Below the pieces are notes generated by a model. The model was not told where the DNA came from. It searched no databases and was given only the letters and a program-made list of their open reading frames with translations. The position numbers were made by a program, and so were the translations under genes. From NCBI GenBank assembly GCA_964464475.1, contig CAYXGG010000002.1, positions 9,322-73,321 of the forward strand: DNA of 64,000 nt. Direction: 5' to 3'. This DNA comes from an uncultured Planctomycetales bacterium. GTDB taxonomy: Bacteria; Omnitrophota; Gorgyraeia; Zapsychrales; JAHFFX01. Shown piece after piece: positions 21,544 through 31,280 of the stretch (its first letter is position 1; each line of letters starts with the position of its first letter).

Positions 21544-21560
21544 CCTAACACACCCAGACA

Positions 21561-21929
21561 TCAACGCTTCACTAATATACTATTCGCTATAAAGATTTCC
21601 TCGCCTTCCTTTTCTTCAGCAAAGCGATAAGCAACCTTAACCTTCATTCCAACCTTCAAGTAATAAATTTTTCCATCACCGAATTCGGGAGACTTAATTT
21701 GGGTATCCCGATCAATGACAAAGATTCTCCGCTCACCGAGTCCATCTTCCACCTCAATTTCTGCCAAATGTTGACGCTGCTCTTCTTCAACCAAAACATT
21801 CAAATAAGTAAACTCTTTAATGACTCCTTGGAATTTTCCCCCGGAGGCAGCCATCACGAAGGCAGGGAAAAATCCCTCCAAGACCAAAACCCCGACCAAC
21901 AATAATCTTACCCATAACCTATTCATCAT
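21561..21929 (-). CDS. Small secreted protein (hypothetical)
   Basis: The 122-aa product has a signal peptide with an AxA site (FVMAASGG). It has its own terminator. Confidence 0.45.
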   Translation of the reverse strand: MMNRLWVRLLLVGVLVLEGFFPAFVMAASGGKFQGVIKEFTYLNVLVEEEQRQHLAEIEVEDGLGERRIFVIDRDTQIKSPEFGDGKIYYLKVGMKVKVAYRFAEEKEGEEIFIANSILVKR

Positions 21930-21935
21930 CTCTCC

Positions 21936-24900
21936 TCAATACCACAGTATTTTATTGGTTAATCCACATAACTTCTGAACCACGCCGTGGTCTGGCGGCC
22001 CCACCCCGACCGAGACAACAATCCCCTTTGACAAAGCTAATCGTTGACTCAACACGACTTCCTGCTCCAGCCCATTCAGCATGACTAAAAATTTTCTTTG
22101 TACCGACTCATTCTCCGCATCAGAATAAAATTTAAACCCCGCCACCTCGCCAAGCAAACTTATCCTTCGCCTCGGTAGTGATTGAGTTCGCAATAGTTCA
22201 AAAATACGACTCTGCAACTCTTCTTCCCGATAACTCAACACACCCCTAACCCGAGTAAACCCAACGCTTCCCCCCGGCCAAAGGCTAATCAGAAAATTCA
22301 ATTTCTTCTGTCGAATGATCAATTGAACCGCGCGCTGAAAGCCCTCCAACCAAGCAAGCGGCTCAGCGCTGTTCCAAACACACCGAAAGTCAATCAACAA
22401 ACCCAATTCACCGGAGTCTTCGGCCAAACTCCGACGAACAATCGCTTCTTGATCCACCGAGCGAGCGGTCGCCTTCCAATCGATATCGCGCACATCCTCT
22501 TCGGGAGTGTATTTCTCAAAACGATCAAAGTCAAACCCCCGAGATTGCCGATTCGCTGACGCATTAGCCTTAATGCTTAACGCTGTTGTTGTCGGCCACA
22601 CTTTTCTTGACCTACTCTGGCTTCGCTGCGACTTCAGCATACTTTCCAATTCTTGCAGCCGTTGTTGCGCGGCCTTTTGGGTCACGACAACATCAGCGCC
22701 GCGAATTAAATGTGGCTCCAGTGATTCCAATAAGTCCCCCCTCCAATCACCTGAAATCTCTCCAGCAGAACCTTTAATCAATAATTGAGTTACTGGCCTT
22801 TTTGTTACCACAGGCAGTAAGGAAGCCAGTGTTAGACCTTTCTTCTCTTCGGGGAAAGGCCGTATTGACTTCCTTATATCTGTCTTTTGGAGTAGAAAGG
22901 TCAATAATTTTCGATGATAGCGTTCTCGATCGTTAAAAGATTTTTGCGCTGGAAAAATCCACTCGCATCGCGCCAGCCAAGGCCCCAGCCAAGGCACAAA
23001 AAACAGTAGCGCGTGGGCCTGATGACGAACCGCTGATTGAATCGGAACAGACTCCGCGATAATCAATCGGCCAACGTCTCTTTGCGTCCACCGGCGACTT
23101 AAGTACCAACCGTAAGATGGCGCCGTTCGAGCTCCTGAATACAGACCGCTGTTATGATCCGCTGGAGAAAAAAGATCAGCGACCGGTTTTCCGAACCAAT
23201 ATCGTCGCCGCACCGGTCGAGCGACCCAGTGCACCAATAGAATAATAATTTCCACCGCGACAAACGCCAACACCGCTTCCAGCAGCGCTTGAGGTCGAAC
23301 ACCGCCCTCACCGTCCCCTCGCTGTTGATCACGGATCATTTTGGGCCCGCCGGAATTCTCCGTAAAAAGCGATAGCCCACTAAAGACGATCCCGGCTTCT
23401 GGAGAAGCATGCGTACCATACAACAATTCCTCACCAGAAAATCGACCTTCCCGACTACGTCCGGCGGGAACAGAACTTAAATAACGTCCAGGATCTCGAT
23501 ACACCTTAAAAGCCAGTTGGCTTAACTGCTTAGAAGTAAGTTGGTGGACTAAATTTAATTCAGCATCGACCTTCTCCGGTTCAACTTGATCAGCCATACT
23601 CATCGCTACGGAAAGACCGACCTCTTCACTTATAGCTTTCCGTAAGCCTCTCCAAACACCCCATGCGGCTCGAACATAAACATTATTTTTCTCAGAAGAT
23701 TTTAATAAACGACCTAGATGATTCTGAACATAATCTTGATTATCCGGAGCGAACATTACCGGAAATAACAGGGCATTAAGTTCACTATTCTCGGGAATCT
23801 TCCGCAACTCTTGTTTCTGACGTAAAACATCAACCACATGACCCAACTCATGAAACGCCGTCCAGTCAGGATGTCGAGAAAGACTCAAAAAAACAAGAGC
23901 AAATTCCCCCTCAAAATAACCGGCCGCGTCTTTAAGGGGATATTTCTGACCATTGACAAAAATAGCCTGGGCCATCAATTGATTTCCCTGCGGATACGTG
24001 GTCACCGGAAGCCCTAATCGCTCAAAATCGCGAGCCGTCATGATCATTTTGGCCTCAACACGCTCAGCGAAAAGCAAGAGCGCCGGAGTATCCCCCTTCA
24101 TCACCCAAAAAATGAATGGGTAAACATTCCGACGGACTAGATGACGCCGTAGAGCCAAAAGGTGCTTGCGCAATTCTGATTCCTTAAACTCACGTTGTTC
24201 ATAAAGTTCAACGATCGCTTGCAAAATAAACGCCAAATTGGGATTAAGCAATCCCGCCGTCGCCAACACCTTCTGGTTGAGAGTGGACGTCGAGCTCCCG
24301 GTAGACACCAAAAAAAGAAATCCTGGTAAGACACGTTCAGCAAAAGTGAGATACCGAAAAGAACGCAGCGTGGGTAATGCCGTCAAATATTCCTGATTAT
24401 CCTGAAGTACTTTGCTGGCGTCATAACGAGCAGCATAATCATCGAATTGCTTAGTAAAAATCGTTTCCTTTTCCCGATCCACCGCGCCTCTCAAATCCAT
24501 CACGACTAAATCCCACAAACCATTTACCATCTGTCCCCAAGAGGATTTTGAGCCTGCGGAAGCAAGAACAAAGAACAACACCGCCAAACTTCCAACTGCG
24601 ACAGAGATTAAACGGATAAACCGCGCAACAGAAAAACTATGTTCATATTTGTTCAGCACGCGGACAACCCCACCCCTAAATTTAATCCGCGCTTGACTTA
24701 GTGCTGTTTCGTCCAATGGATAGTACCCTCTAGCCCAATCCCTAGCCAATTCCGCGTCTGGAAAAACACCCAACCGCGCAAACAGCTCTCCTTTAAGCCG
24801 TGCCGGTAAGAAATTAATTACCTCTTTAGTCGCCACGCCTGCACGCTTTTTCAAAACAGCCTGATCCTCACAAACCGCGATAGCATCGAGAACTTGACTG

Positions 24901-25394
24901 TGATCCCGAAAACAAGCCGAATGTGTCAGCTGACGACGAATGCGCTCTAAAAACTTATTTCTTCGCCAATATATTAACTTTGAAATCAACGAGGTACCGC
25001 AATCTGAAGCAAGAGATTGCTTAAGCCATTGATGGGTGGGCTTTAGTATTTTCGCGTGACCGACCAGCAATTCCTGCCGATACTGTGCTATCGCCGCAGA
25101 AACAACGCTACCTTTTAATACTCCAGAAAATTCCGCCCGACGAAGCAAATCGTCAAAATCGCGCCAGGAACGATCCAAAAGCCTAGCCGGCTTCCAAAGA
25201 TCATCCTCCAAGAGGTATTGAAAGGAATCCAGCCTTGCCAGATAACGCTTCTCAGCCAAGGCAAACTGATTTAACGTCGGTGAAATTAAAAATTCATCGC
25301 GTGATTTTATAGAAAGGAAAGAAAAGAATTTGACAAAACACGTGCGGGCAATCAGCGCGCTGACTCCACCTGCAGCACAATGGCCACCGGGCAA
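21936..25394 (-). CDS. Large open frame: membrane protein with HELGH motif, then repeat-element linker, then DUF58 domain. It is probably two genes joined artificially by the repeat.
   Basis: The 1152 codons are open. There are two to three TM helices and HELGH at about aa 560. The C-terminal 285 aa carry the DUF58 signature GFDFDRFEKYTPEEDVRDIDWKATAR. The segment 22791-22906 is a copy of the repeat family and is stop-free in this frame. Possible TTG/GTG starts for a separate DUF58 gene lie near 22720-22790. Confidence 0.45.
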   Translation of the reverse strand: MPGGHCAAGGVSALIARTCFVKFFSFLSIKSRDEFLISPTLNQFALAEKRYLARLDSFQYLLEDDLWKPARLLDRSWRDFDDLLRRAEFSGVLKGSVVSAAIAQYRQELLVGHAKILKPTHQWLKQSLASDCGTSLISKLIYWRRNKFLERIRRQLTHSACFRDHSQVLDAIAVCEDQAVLKKRAGVATKEVINFLPARLKGELFARLGVFPDAELARDWARGYYPLDETALSQARIKFRGGVVRVLNKYEHSFSVARFIRLISVAVGSLAVLFFVLASAGSKSSWGQMVNGLWDLVVMDLRGAVDREKETIFTKQFDDYAARYDASKVLQDNQEYLTALPTLRSFRYLTFAERVLPGFLFLVSTGSSTSTLNQKVLATAGLLNPNLAFILQAIVELYEQREFKESELRKHLLALRRHLVRRNVYPFIFWVMKGDTPALLLFAERVEAKMIMTARDFERLGLPVTTYPQGNQLMAQAIFVNGQKYPLKDAAGYFEGEFALVFLSLSRHPDWTAFHELGHVVDVLRQKQELRKIPENSELNALLFPVMFAPDNQDYVQNHLGRLLKSSEKNNVYVRAAWGVWRGLRKAISEEVGLSVAMSMADQVEPEKVDAELNLVHQLTSKQLSQLAFKVYRDPGRYLSSVPAGRSREGRFSGEELLYGTHASPEAGIVFSGLSLFTENSGGPKMIRDQQRGDGEGGVRPQALLEAVLAFVAVEIIILLVHWVARPVRRRYWFGKPVADLFSPADHNSGLYSGARTAPSYGWYLSRRWTQRDVGRLIIAESVPIQSAVRHQAHALLFFVPWLGPWLARCEWIFPAQKSFNDRERYHRKLLTFLLQKTDIRKSIRPFPEEKKGLTLASLLPVVTKRPVTQLLIKGSAGEISGDWRGDLLESLEPHLIRGADVVVTQKAAQQRLQELESMLKSQRSQSRSRKVWPTTTALSIKANASANRQSRGFDFDRFEKYTPEEDVRDIDWKATARSVDQEAIVRRSLAEDSGELGLLIDFRCVWNSAEPLAWLEGFQRAVQLIIRQKKLNFLISLWPGGSVGFTRVRGVLSYREEELQSRIFELLRTQSLPRRRISLLGEVAGFKFYSDAENESVQRKFLVMLNGLEQEVVLSQRLALSKGIVVSVGVGPPDHGVVQKLCGLTNKILWY
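22791..22906 (-). repeat. Copy B of a structured repeat family (ATTGACC...GGCCAGTAA), 116 nt
   Basis: It is about 90% identical to copy A at 32061-32175. The orientation is opposite to copies A and C. It is embedded in-frame in the 1152-codon ORF. Confidence 0.7.
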
Positions 25395-26122
25395 TGGTCG
25401 GATCCCATTACCTCTTTAAGGATCATTGCCTGCTTTAATCGTTTACGTAATGACGAACTCATACAAAAGTAATCTATGCGCCATCCGATATTTTTCTGAC
25501 GGCAGTTACTCATCTGACTCCACCAGGTATAGTGACCACCGGCCTTCTCAAACTCCCGGAAGGTATCAATAAAGCCAGCTTTTACGATATTATCAAAACC
25601 CGCCCGCTCTTCTGGCGTGAAACCATGATTCTTCACATTAGCTTTAGGATAGGTCAAATCAATTTCAGTATGTGCGACATTCAGGTCTCCGCAAAAAATA
25701 ACCGGTTTTTTCTTCTGTAAGTCTAAACAATATGCCAAAAAATCAACATCCCACTCCCGCTGCCGATATCCCAAACGAGACAGATCTCTTTTTGAATTCG
25801 GGACATACACATTGACGACGTAAAAATCGGAAAACTCTACGGTGAGCACACGGCCTTCGGTATCATGTTTGCTGATGCCCAAACCGTTTTTGACAGCCAG
25901 CGGTTTTATTTTGGTAAAAATGGCGGTTCCTGAATAACCCGGTTTCTGGGCGTGATTCCAAAATTGCTCATAACCCGGGAGCTCAATCGGAATCGCTTCC
26001 TTGGCGGTTTTAGTTTCCTGCAGACATAACACATCAGGCTTATGCGCTTTGACAAAATCTATAAACCCTTTTTTAAGAGTCGCTCGCAACCCATTCACGT
26101 TCCAGGAAATCAATTTGACCAT
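25352..26122 (-). CDS. xth: Exodeoxyribonuclease III (AP endonuclease)
   Basis: It has MVKLISWNVNGLRA, the ExoIII/EEP fold motifs, and is 256 aa. Confidence 0.85.
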   Translation of the reverse strand: MVKLISWNVNGLRATLKKGFIDFVKAHKPDVLCLQETKTAKEAIPIELPGYEQFWNHAQKPGYSGTAIFTKIKPLAVKNGLGISKHDTEGRVLTVEFSDFYVVNVYVPNSKRDLSRLGYRQREWDVDFLAYCLDLQKKKPVIFCGDLNVAHTEIDLTYPKANVKNHGFTPEERAGFDNIVKAGFIDTFREFEKAGGHYTWWSQMSNCRQKNIGWRIDYFCMSSSLRKRLKQAMILKEVMGSDHCPVAIVLQVESAR

Positions 26123-26135
26123 GTCATCCTCTCGG

Positions 26136-28682
26136 TTATCCAGGCTCCGCCATCTTCTGCAACTCGTCGTTTAAATGCATGCGAATTTTGCGGATTTGCT
26201 CATCCCGCTGCTCCACAGAATCCGATGGATAAAAACGTATTCCTGATTTTTGCATTCGGAAATCGGCTAAGTATTTAGCCCATAAATCACACTCCCGCTG
26301 AGCAGCGCCTTCAGGAGACATCACTGCGGCGTCTCGGACATCACGCAAATTCTCCAACAATATTCGAAGAGTTCCATCCGGATCGTGTTCCCAAAATTTA
26401 GTCACCAACGCGTTGAGATCCTCTCCCCAGGCGTGAGACGTGTAATCTTTAACGAACACCGTTGCAGCTAAATCAAAATCTTCCTTGTGTTCAGTAGACA
26501 ACAAGACCTGAACAGCGTCTAAGACCGGCCCCATTTTTAAGTTAGCCTGGGTTCCGCGCCTTAACGCGTTCCCAATAGCTTCAATTCCTTTGTGACGATG
26601 ACCATAGAGCACCGTGACAATCCCGGCATAAATCTGAATCGATGGATCAGCATCGTGTAAATATCCAACCGCCTCCTGCCAAATCTGCGCCCCATCAATC
26701 TGCAAGCAGGCTTTCAGGATTTCGGCCCGATCAAAATCCGTTGTGGACGGTAATGACATCATCTTCCATAAAATCGGTACCGCATCCGCCACCTTCAACT
26801 CAATCAAACGAGCAACTTTATTGCGTACATCGCTCCACGTGAGCGAAGCCTTGGCCAAACGCTGTAGTCGCTCGGCTTCGGGATAAAGACGATTCTGTTC
26901 AAACCAGTCCCTGACCCGATTTTCTTCTAGCTCTTGTTGAACTAGCGACGCGTCGGCTAAACACTCCGTCGGCATTTGCAGCAAGGTTAAATCCGCTAAA
27001 ATATCCGCCGCAACTTCGCAAACTCTCAACAATTTAGGGTGTTTCTGATTCCGGTCCGTTATTTTGACGAGGGGAACAAACTTGCCATTGCGTAGCTGCG
27101 GAATCAGCGCGGGCACGGCTTCAAATCCGATATGATATAAAATAGCGGCAGGATTCATCAGCTGAGAATCATCTTGTGGAACTTCCGCCCTATGCCACCC
27201 CATGGGAGAGCGCAGACTCGCCAAAAGCATAGCCGCTTTCTTAGCCTGCCCAGAAGCGCTTAGATTTTCCACTTCTTTTTTCCATTGCGCGACAGTCATA
27301 AGCTGGGCGGGAGGATGAACGCTGTCTTTTAATAGCTGTTGACTAAGTTTCTCGCAATCACTCGCATGCCGATACCCCGGAATGCGTTTGACAATAAAAT
27401 CGAAAAGAAGCTGTGCCGGCACTAAATTTCCTTGAGTATAATTCCAAATGGCATCTCGGTATTTTCTCCAGGCCAATTCCTCTCGAGCCAAAGCAAACGC
27501 CTGATCATCTACATCGAAAGCGGCATCCAGAACGACTTGGACTAAATCCATGGCAACAACTTCCTCACCGGCACGGAGAACCCAACAGGCTACAAACATT
27601 GGATAGGCCCAACCTTCCTGAAGACCATTCGTCTCTTCCAAAAAATTGGTTTGATGCTGCTGAATCGCCTGCGTCAAGTATTGAGCTTCTTTGATAAGGG
27701 TCGATAACTCAATAGTGGCGCCAGGATAAAATAACGTGTCCCCTTGAGGACTGGTCGCTTTAACCCCCTCTGCCGAGGCAACCAATTCCCAGAACTGACC
27801 ATCCTTGGCCAAGGCCACTGTTTTTTCCTCCTTTACTTCTTTTTCCCAGAAGAAATCCGGCAATCTTTCTTCTCCAGGAACCGCAACCATGATCCGACGA
27901 CTGCTTTCCTCTGGGACAAACAAACCAAGTCGGAAAAATTTCTTAAACTCTTCTTTCCAATATTCCGGCATGGCGTCAACGCGGTCGGCGGTTAAATTAA
28001 ATCCCAGAATACGCAACGCCTCTTGGGAAGCGGCCCTTACTTTCTGCCGCGGATGGCTCAAAAGCCCTCGCAAGGCTAAAGCGGAATTTTTAAGCCCTCG
28101 ATCTGCCGCTAACTGAATAGCGGTCACGAGCACGCTTACCGATGGATCAGGAAAACTTAGTTGTCGCTGAACAATATCATCGGCGAGCTCACCAGGAATT
28201 TTGGCCACTAACCGCAACGCCTTAATTTTAAGATCGTGACTTCTCTCCTCGGATAACAACCACGTTAAGGACGGAAGCACCATCGGCCATAACGGTGAAT
28301 CCGGTTGCGCCACCTGATCAATTTCCGCAAGCAAAAGAGCGCGCGCGTCTCGCGCAGGATGCACTCGCGGAAGATTTAAATAGGCGGCTTCCAGGGCGCT
28401 GACGCGACCTGAAATTTCGTCATCAAGCGCCATTTCAAAATATTCTTGGATTAAACCAGCCATGACTTTACGCTGCTGCGGCGTTCGACATCTCGAAAAA
28501 GATAGACCTGCCTGCATCTCATCCGGTACGTTGCAGGCACCGATAATACGGATCAGTTGTTCAGGAAGTTGTCCATCGACATACGTTTTATCTAAAAAAT
28601 GACGGACTTCATCGGAAGCATAAACCCCGGAAGGAATAGCCAACCACAAAAATAATGAAACGAACATCACCCATCGTTTCAT
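26136..28682 (-). CDS. Secreted HEAT/PBS-lyase-type repeat protein (hypothetical)
   Basis: The start was chosen at MKRWVMFVSLFLWLAIPSGVYA (signal peptide). It has repeated helical LRxLxxIG...ALxxLL units and is about 848 aa. Confidence 0.55.
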   Translation of the reverse strand: MKRWVMFVSLFLWLAIPSGVYASDEVRHFLDKTYVDGQLPEQLIRIIGACNVPDEMQAGLSFSRCRTPQQRKVMAGLIQEYFEMALDDEISGRVSALEAAYLNLPRVHPARDARALLLAEIDQVAQPDSPLWPMVLPSLTWLLSEERSHDLKIKALRLVAKIPGELADDIVQRQLSFPDPSVSVLVTAIQLAADRGLKNSALALRGLLSHPRQKVRAASQEALRILGFNLTADRVDAMPEYWKEEFKKFFRLGLFVPEESSRRIMVAVPGEERLPDFFWEKEVKEEKTVALAKDGQFWELVASAEGVKATSPQGDTLFYPGATIELSTLIKEAQYLTQAIQQHQTNFLEETNGLQEGWAYPMFVACWVLRAGEEVVAMDLVQVVLDAAFDVDDQAFALAREELAWRKYRDAIWNYTQGNLVPAQLLFDFIVKRIPGYRHASDCEKLSQQLLKDSVHPPAQLMTVAQWKKEVENLSASGQAKKAAMLLASLRSPMGWHRAEVPQDDSQLMNPAAILYHIGFEAVPALIPQLRNGKFVPLVKITDRNQKHPKLLRVCEVAADILADLTLLQMPTECLADASLVQQELEENRVRDWFEQNRLYPEAERLQRLAKASLTWSDVRNKVARLIELKVADAVPILWKMMSLPSTTDFDRAEILKACLQIDGAQIWQEAVGYLHDADPSIQIYAGIVTVLYGHRHKGIEAIGNALRRGTQANLKMGPVLDAVQVLLSTEHKEDFDLAATVFVKDYTSHAWGEDLNALVTKFWEHDPDGTLRILLENLRDVRDAAVMSPEGAAQRECDLWAKYLADFRMQKSGIRFYPSDSVEQRDEQIRKIRMHLNDELQKMAEPG

Positions 28683-28692
28683 AAGCAAATCG

Positions 28693-29079
28693 TTACGCTT
28701 GACGGATTTTATCGGCGGCCTCGGCCAGCGCTTGCGCTGACGCCGGCTTGGCATGAGCAAAACTAAGATCAGCGACCGCGTTTATGGGAATTAGATGAAT
28801 ATGCGCGTGTGGCACTTCAATACCAGCCACAAGAATACCAACTTTTTTGCAAGGAAAAGCTTTCTTGATTTTGAGCGCGACCTTCTTGGCAAAAGCCATC
28901 ATCTCCCCAAGATCGTGATCAGCAATATCAAAAATATAATCAACTTCTTTCTTGGGAATAACCAAGGTGTGGCCGGCCGTAATGGGTCGGATATCCAGAA
29001 ACGCCAAAAAATGATCATTCTCCATTATTTTTTGGCAAGCAATCTCCCCGGAAAGAATCTTGGTAAATATCGTCGGCAT
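28693..29079 (-). CDS. HIT-family (histidine triad) hydrolase
   Basis: It has the PHAHIHLIP histidine-triad motif and is 128 aa. Confidence 0.8.
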   Translation of the reverse strand: MPTIFTKILSGEIACQKIMENDHFLAFLDIRPITAGHTLVIPKKEVDYIFDIADHDLGEMMAFAKKVALKIKKAFPCKKVGILVAGIEVPHAHIHLIPINAVADLSFAHAKPASAQALAEAADKIRQA

Positions 29080-29109
29080 AGAAAGCTCCTTATTCTTAAA
29101 ACAAAAATA

Positions 29110-29622
29110 CTATTTCTTATCCTTCTTTTTGACAAACTGCAAAACTTGAATGATCGTACCGATCGCGGCCAAGGAAAGAATCACCATGGATCGAGCGGGC
29201 GGCTGAGACTTAACCGCTTCGGCAATCAAAACCCCTCCCAAAAAAGAAGAGAACACAATCATGGCCCAATCATATAACCAGTGCGCCAGCGCCACGCCGA
29301 TTAAACCACCCAGCATGATGAGTAGCCAGGCGTAATCAGCCTGCATCAAATTTATGGCCTGAATCAGATTAAATCCTAAATAGCCCCCCGACAAGAATCC
29401 GGCCATAAAAATGACTACTTTTTGAAAGGAATAAGCCAAAACGATCAACGCCAACGCGACCAATAGCGCCCCTCCGGTAATAATCAAGGGGCCTTTCTCG
29501 ACCATCAAATTTCGGCAGATTTCATAACCAATCGCAAAACCAACCGATCCGACGTATAACCAAAAAAACCTCCGTCCGACCATCAGCAAGGCGGCTCCCA
29601 ACAGTATGTTCAAATAGTTCAT
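29110..29622 (-). CDS. Hypothetical integral membrane protein (4-5 TM)
   Basis: The 170-aa product is hydrophobic throughout and has a KKKDKK C-terminal tail. Confidence 0.45.
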   Translation of the reverse strand: MNYLNILLGAALLMVGRRFFWLYVGSVGFAIGYEICRNLMVEKGPLIITGGALLVALALIVLAYSFQKVVIFMAGFLSGGYLGFNLIQAINLMQADYAWLLIMLGGLIGVALAHWLYDWAMIVFSSFLGGVLIAEAVKSQPPARSMVILSLAAIGTIIQVLQFVKKKDKK

Positions 29623-29637
29623 GGCTTTAACCTTTTT

Positions 29638-30021
29638 TTATAAACTACCGACTGCTTCTATCTCAACCAAAGCATCTTTAGGCAACCGAGCGACTTCAAT
29701 CGTCGATCGGGCCGGGGCCCACTCGGGTTTGATAAATTCAGCGTAAACTTCATTCATCGCCGCAAAATCATTCATATTTTTCAAGAACACCGTCGTCTTC
29801 ACCAGTTTATCAAGCGAAGACCCAGCACCTTCAATAATATTTTTTAAATTAGTTAAAACCTGTCGGGCTTGCGCTTTCACATCGCCTGACACTATCTGGC
29901 CGGTTAGCGGATCCAACGGGATCTGCCCTGCCGTATAGATTAGGTGATCAATCACCACACACTGATTATAGGGCCCTACCGGCTGGGGAGCCGTTTTTGG
30001 ATTTAATATTTTCTTCGCCAT
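29638..30021 (-). CDS. ridA: RidA/YjgF-family reactive-intermediate deaminase
   Basis: It has PVGPYNQCVVIDHLIYTAGQIPLDP and is 127 aa. Confidence 0.85.
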   Translation of the reverse strand: MAKKILNPKTAPQPVGPYNQCVVIDHLIYTAGQIPLDPLTGQIVSGDVKAQARQVLTNLKNIIEGAGSSLDKLVKTTVFLKNMNDFAAMNEVYAEFIKPEWAPARSTIEVARLPKDALVEIEAVGSL

Positions 30022-30049
30022 CCTAAGATCCTTTCGTTAATCTTTTGTG

Positions 30050-30439
30050 TTATTTTCTGACCCAAATCATTTCCAACGACCGAGTACGGGCGTTACAGGC
30101 ATCGGATTGCAACTCAAATCGAAGTTCATTCTGCGCAAGAATATATTTATACTTACCCTCGGCCTCGCAATCAGAAGAAATCGCTCCTCCTTTATTTAAG
30201 AAAGCAATATTGTTCCAATCTAAAGAGTATGTTCCCCAAACATCTCGCTGACCATTCCCATCGTAATCAAACTCAAACTGATCTCCCGAACGAAAAGTCA
30301 AATGATCATTGCCTTGAAAACTGTCCTTAAATTGCCACTTACCATTTAAGCCCGTCGACTTGCTGGGCGCGCTCATATTTTTGCAAGCGCATCCCGATGT
30401 TAAAATGGCCAGCCCTACAATCAAAAGAATTTTTTTCAT
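30050..30439 (-). CDS. Lipoprotein (hypothetical, lipocalin-like size)
   Basis: It has the lipobox LTSGCA after a signal peptide. The body is beta-rich. Confidence 0.5.
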   Translation of the reverse strand: MKKILLIVGLAILTSGCACKNMSAPSKSTGLNGKWQFKDSFQGNDHLTFRSGDQFEFDYDGNGQRDVWGTYSLDWNNIAFLNKGGAISSDCEAEGKYKYILAQNELRFELQSDACNARTRSLEMIWVRK

Positions 30440-30448
30440 AATTTCTCC

Positions 30449-30916
30449 TTAATGATGATGTCCCCCTTCGCCGTGGGCGTGCCCATGTGCGATCTCTTCT
30501 GCCGTTGCCGGACGAACCCCCATAATCTCCACATCAAATGTCAAATCTTTTCCTGCCAAAGGATGATTTCCATCCAAAACCACTTCCTTTTCGTTAACCT
30601 GGACAACCGTGACCACCCGAAAAGCAGCGCCTTCCCCCACTTCGAACATATCACCAATGTTCACCTTCTCGGCCGGCAACCGTTCCCTCGCCACTTGAAA
30701 AATTAATTTTTGATCATACGCGCCATACGCCTGTAAATAAGGGACCTCTATGGTCTTACGATCTCCCATATTCAGTGCCGCTAAAGCGGATTCCAGTCCA
30801 GGAATAATTTGGCCTGATCCTTGCAAAAAAGCAAAGGCTTCGCCCTTGCGGGACGTATCCAATAATTTTCCATCCTTATCCGTTAGCGTATAATGAAAAT
30901 TAATAACGTTAGCCAT
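30449..30916 (-). CDS. slyD: FKBP-type peptidyl-prolyl isomerase SlyD-like, with His-rich metal-binding tail
   Basis: It has the FKBP fold with an IF-domain insertion. The C-terminus reads HGHAHGEGGHHH. Confidence 0.8.
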   Translation of the reverse strand: MANVINFHYTLTDKDGKLLDTSRKGEAFAFLQGSGQIIPGLESALAALNMGDRKTIEVPYLQAYGAYDQKLIFQVARERLPAEKVNIGDMFEVGEGAAFRVVTVVQVNEKEVVLDGNHPLAGKDLTFDVEIMGVRPATAEEIAHGHAHGEGGHHH

Positions 30917-30987
30917 GCCTCTCTCTCCTTATTGATTATGAGTCAAACCGTCCAAGATCACCGAAGGCTAATCCCCCAGGAGAACTT

Positions 30988-31263
30988 TCAGTGCGAGGCT
31001 CTTTTAACTCTGGTTAACTGAAGCCCCACATATTTGAATCGCGGGACACGCTGTTGGTTAATAACGACTTTTTCTTCAAACATTTTCTTAGGTCGGACCC
31101 ACCATGAATTTAATCCAAATTTTGTTCGATACAACGCCTGATAAACGACCATTTCCGTTAAATCCTCACTGTGTCTAGCGACAGCCACCACGCGATAGAA
31201 TTTCCCCTTATAATGACGGTAGATGCCTGGTTTAATGATGGGATTTAACGTTTTTGACTTCAT
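30988..31263 (-). CDS. DUF1653-family small protein
   Basis: It has the YRHYKGKFYRV ... MVVYQALY pattern and is 91 aa. Confidence 0.55.
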   Translation of the reverse strand: MKSKTLNPIIKPGIYRHYKGKFYRVVAVARHSEDLTEMVVYQALYRTKFGLNSWWVRPKKMFEEKVVINQQRVPRFKYVGLQLTRVKRASH

Positions 31264-31280
31264 ATTTTTTCAATCAAACA

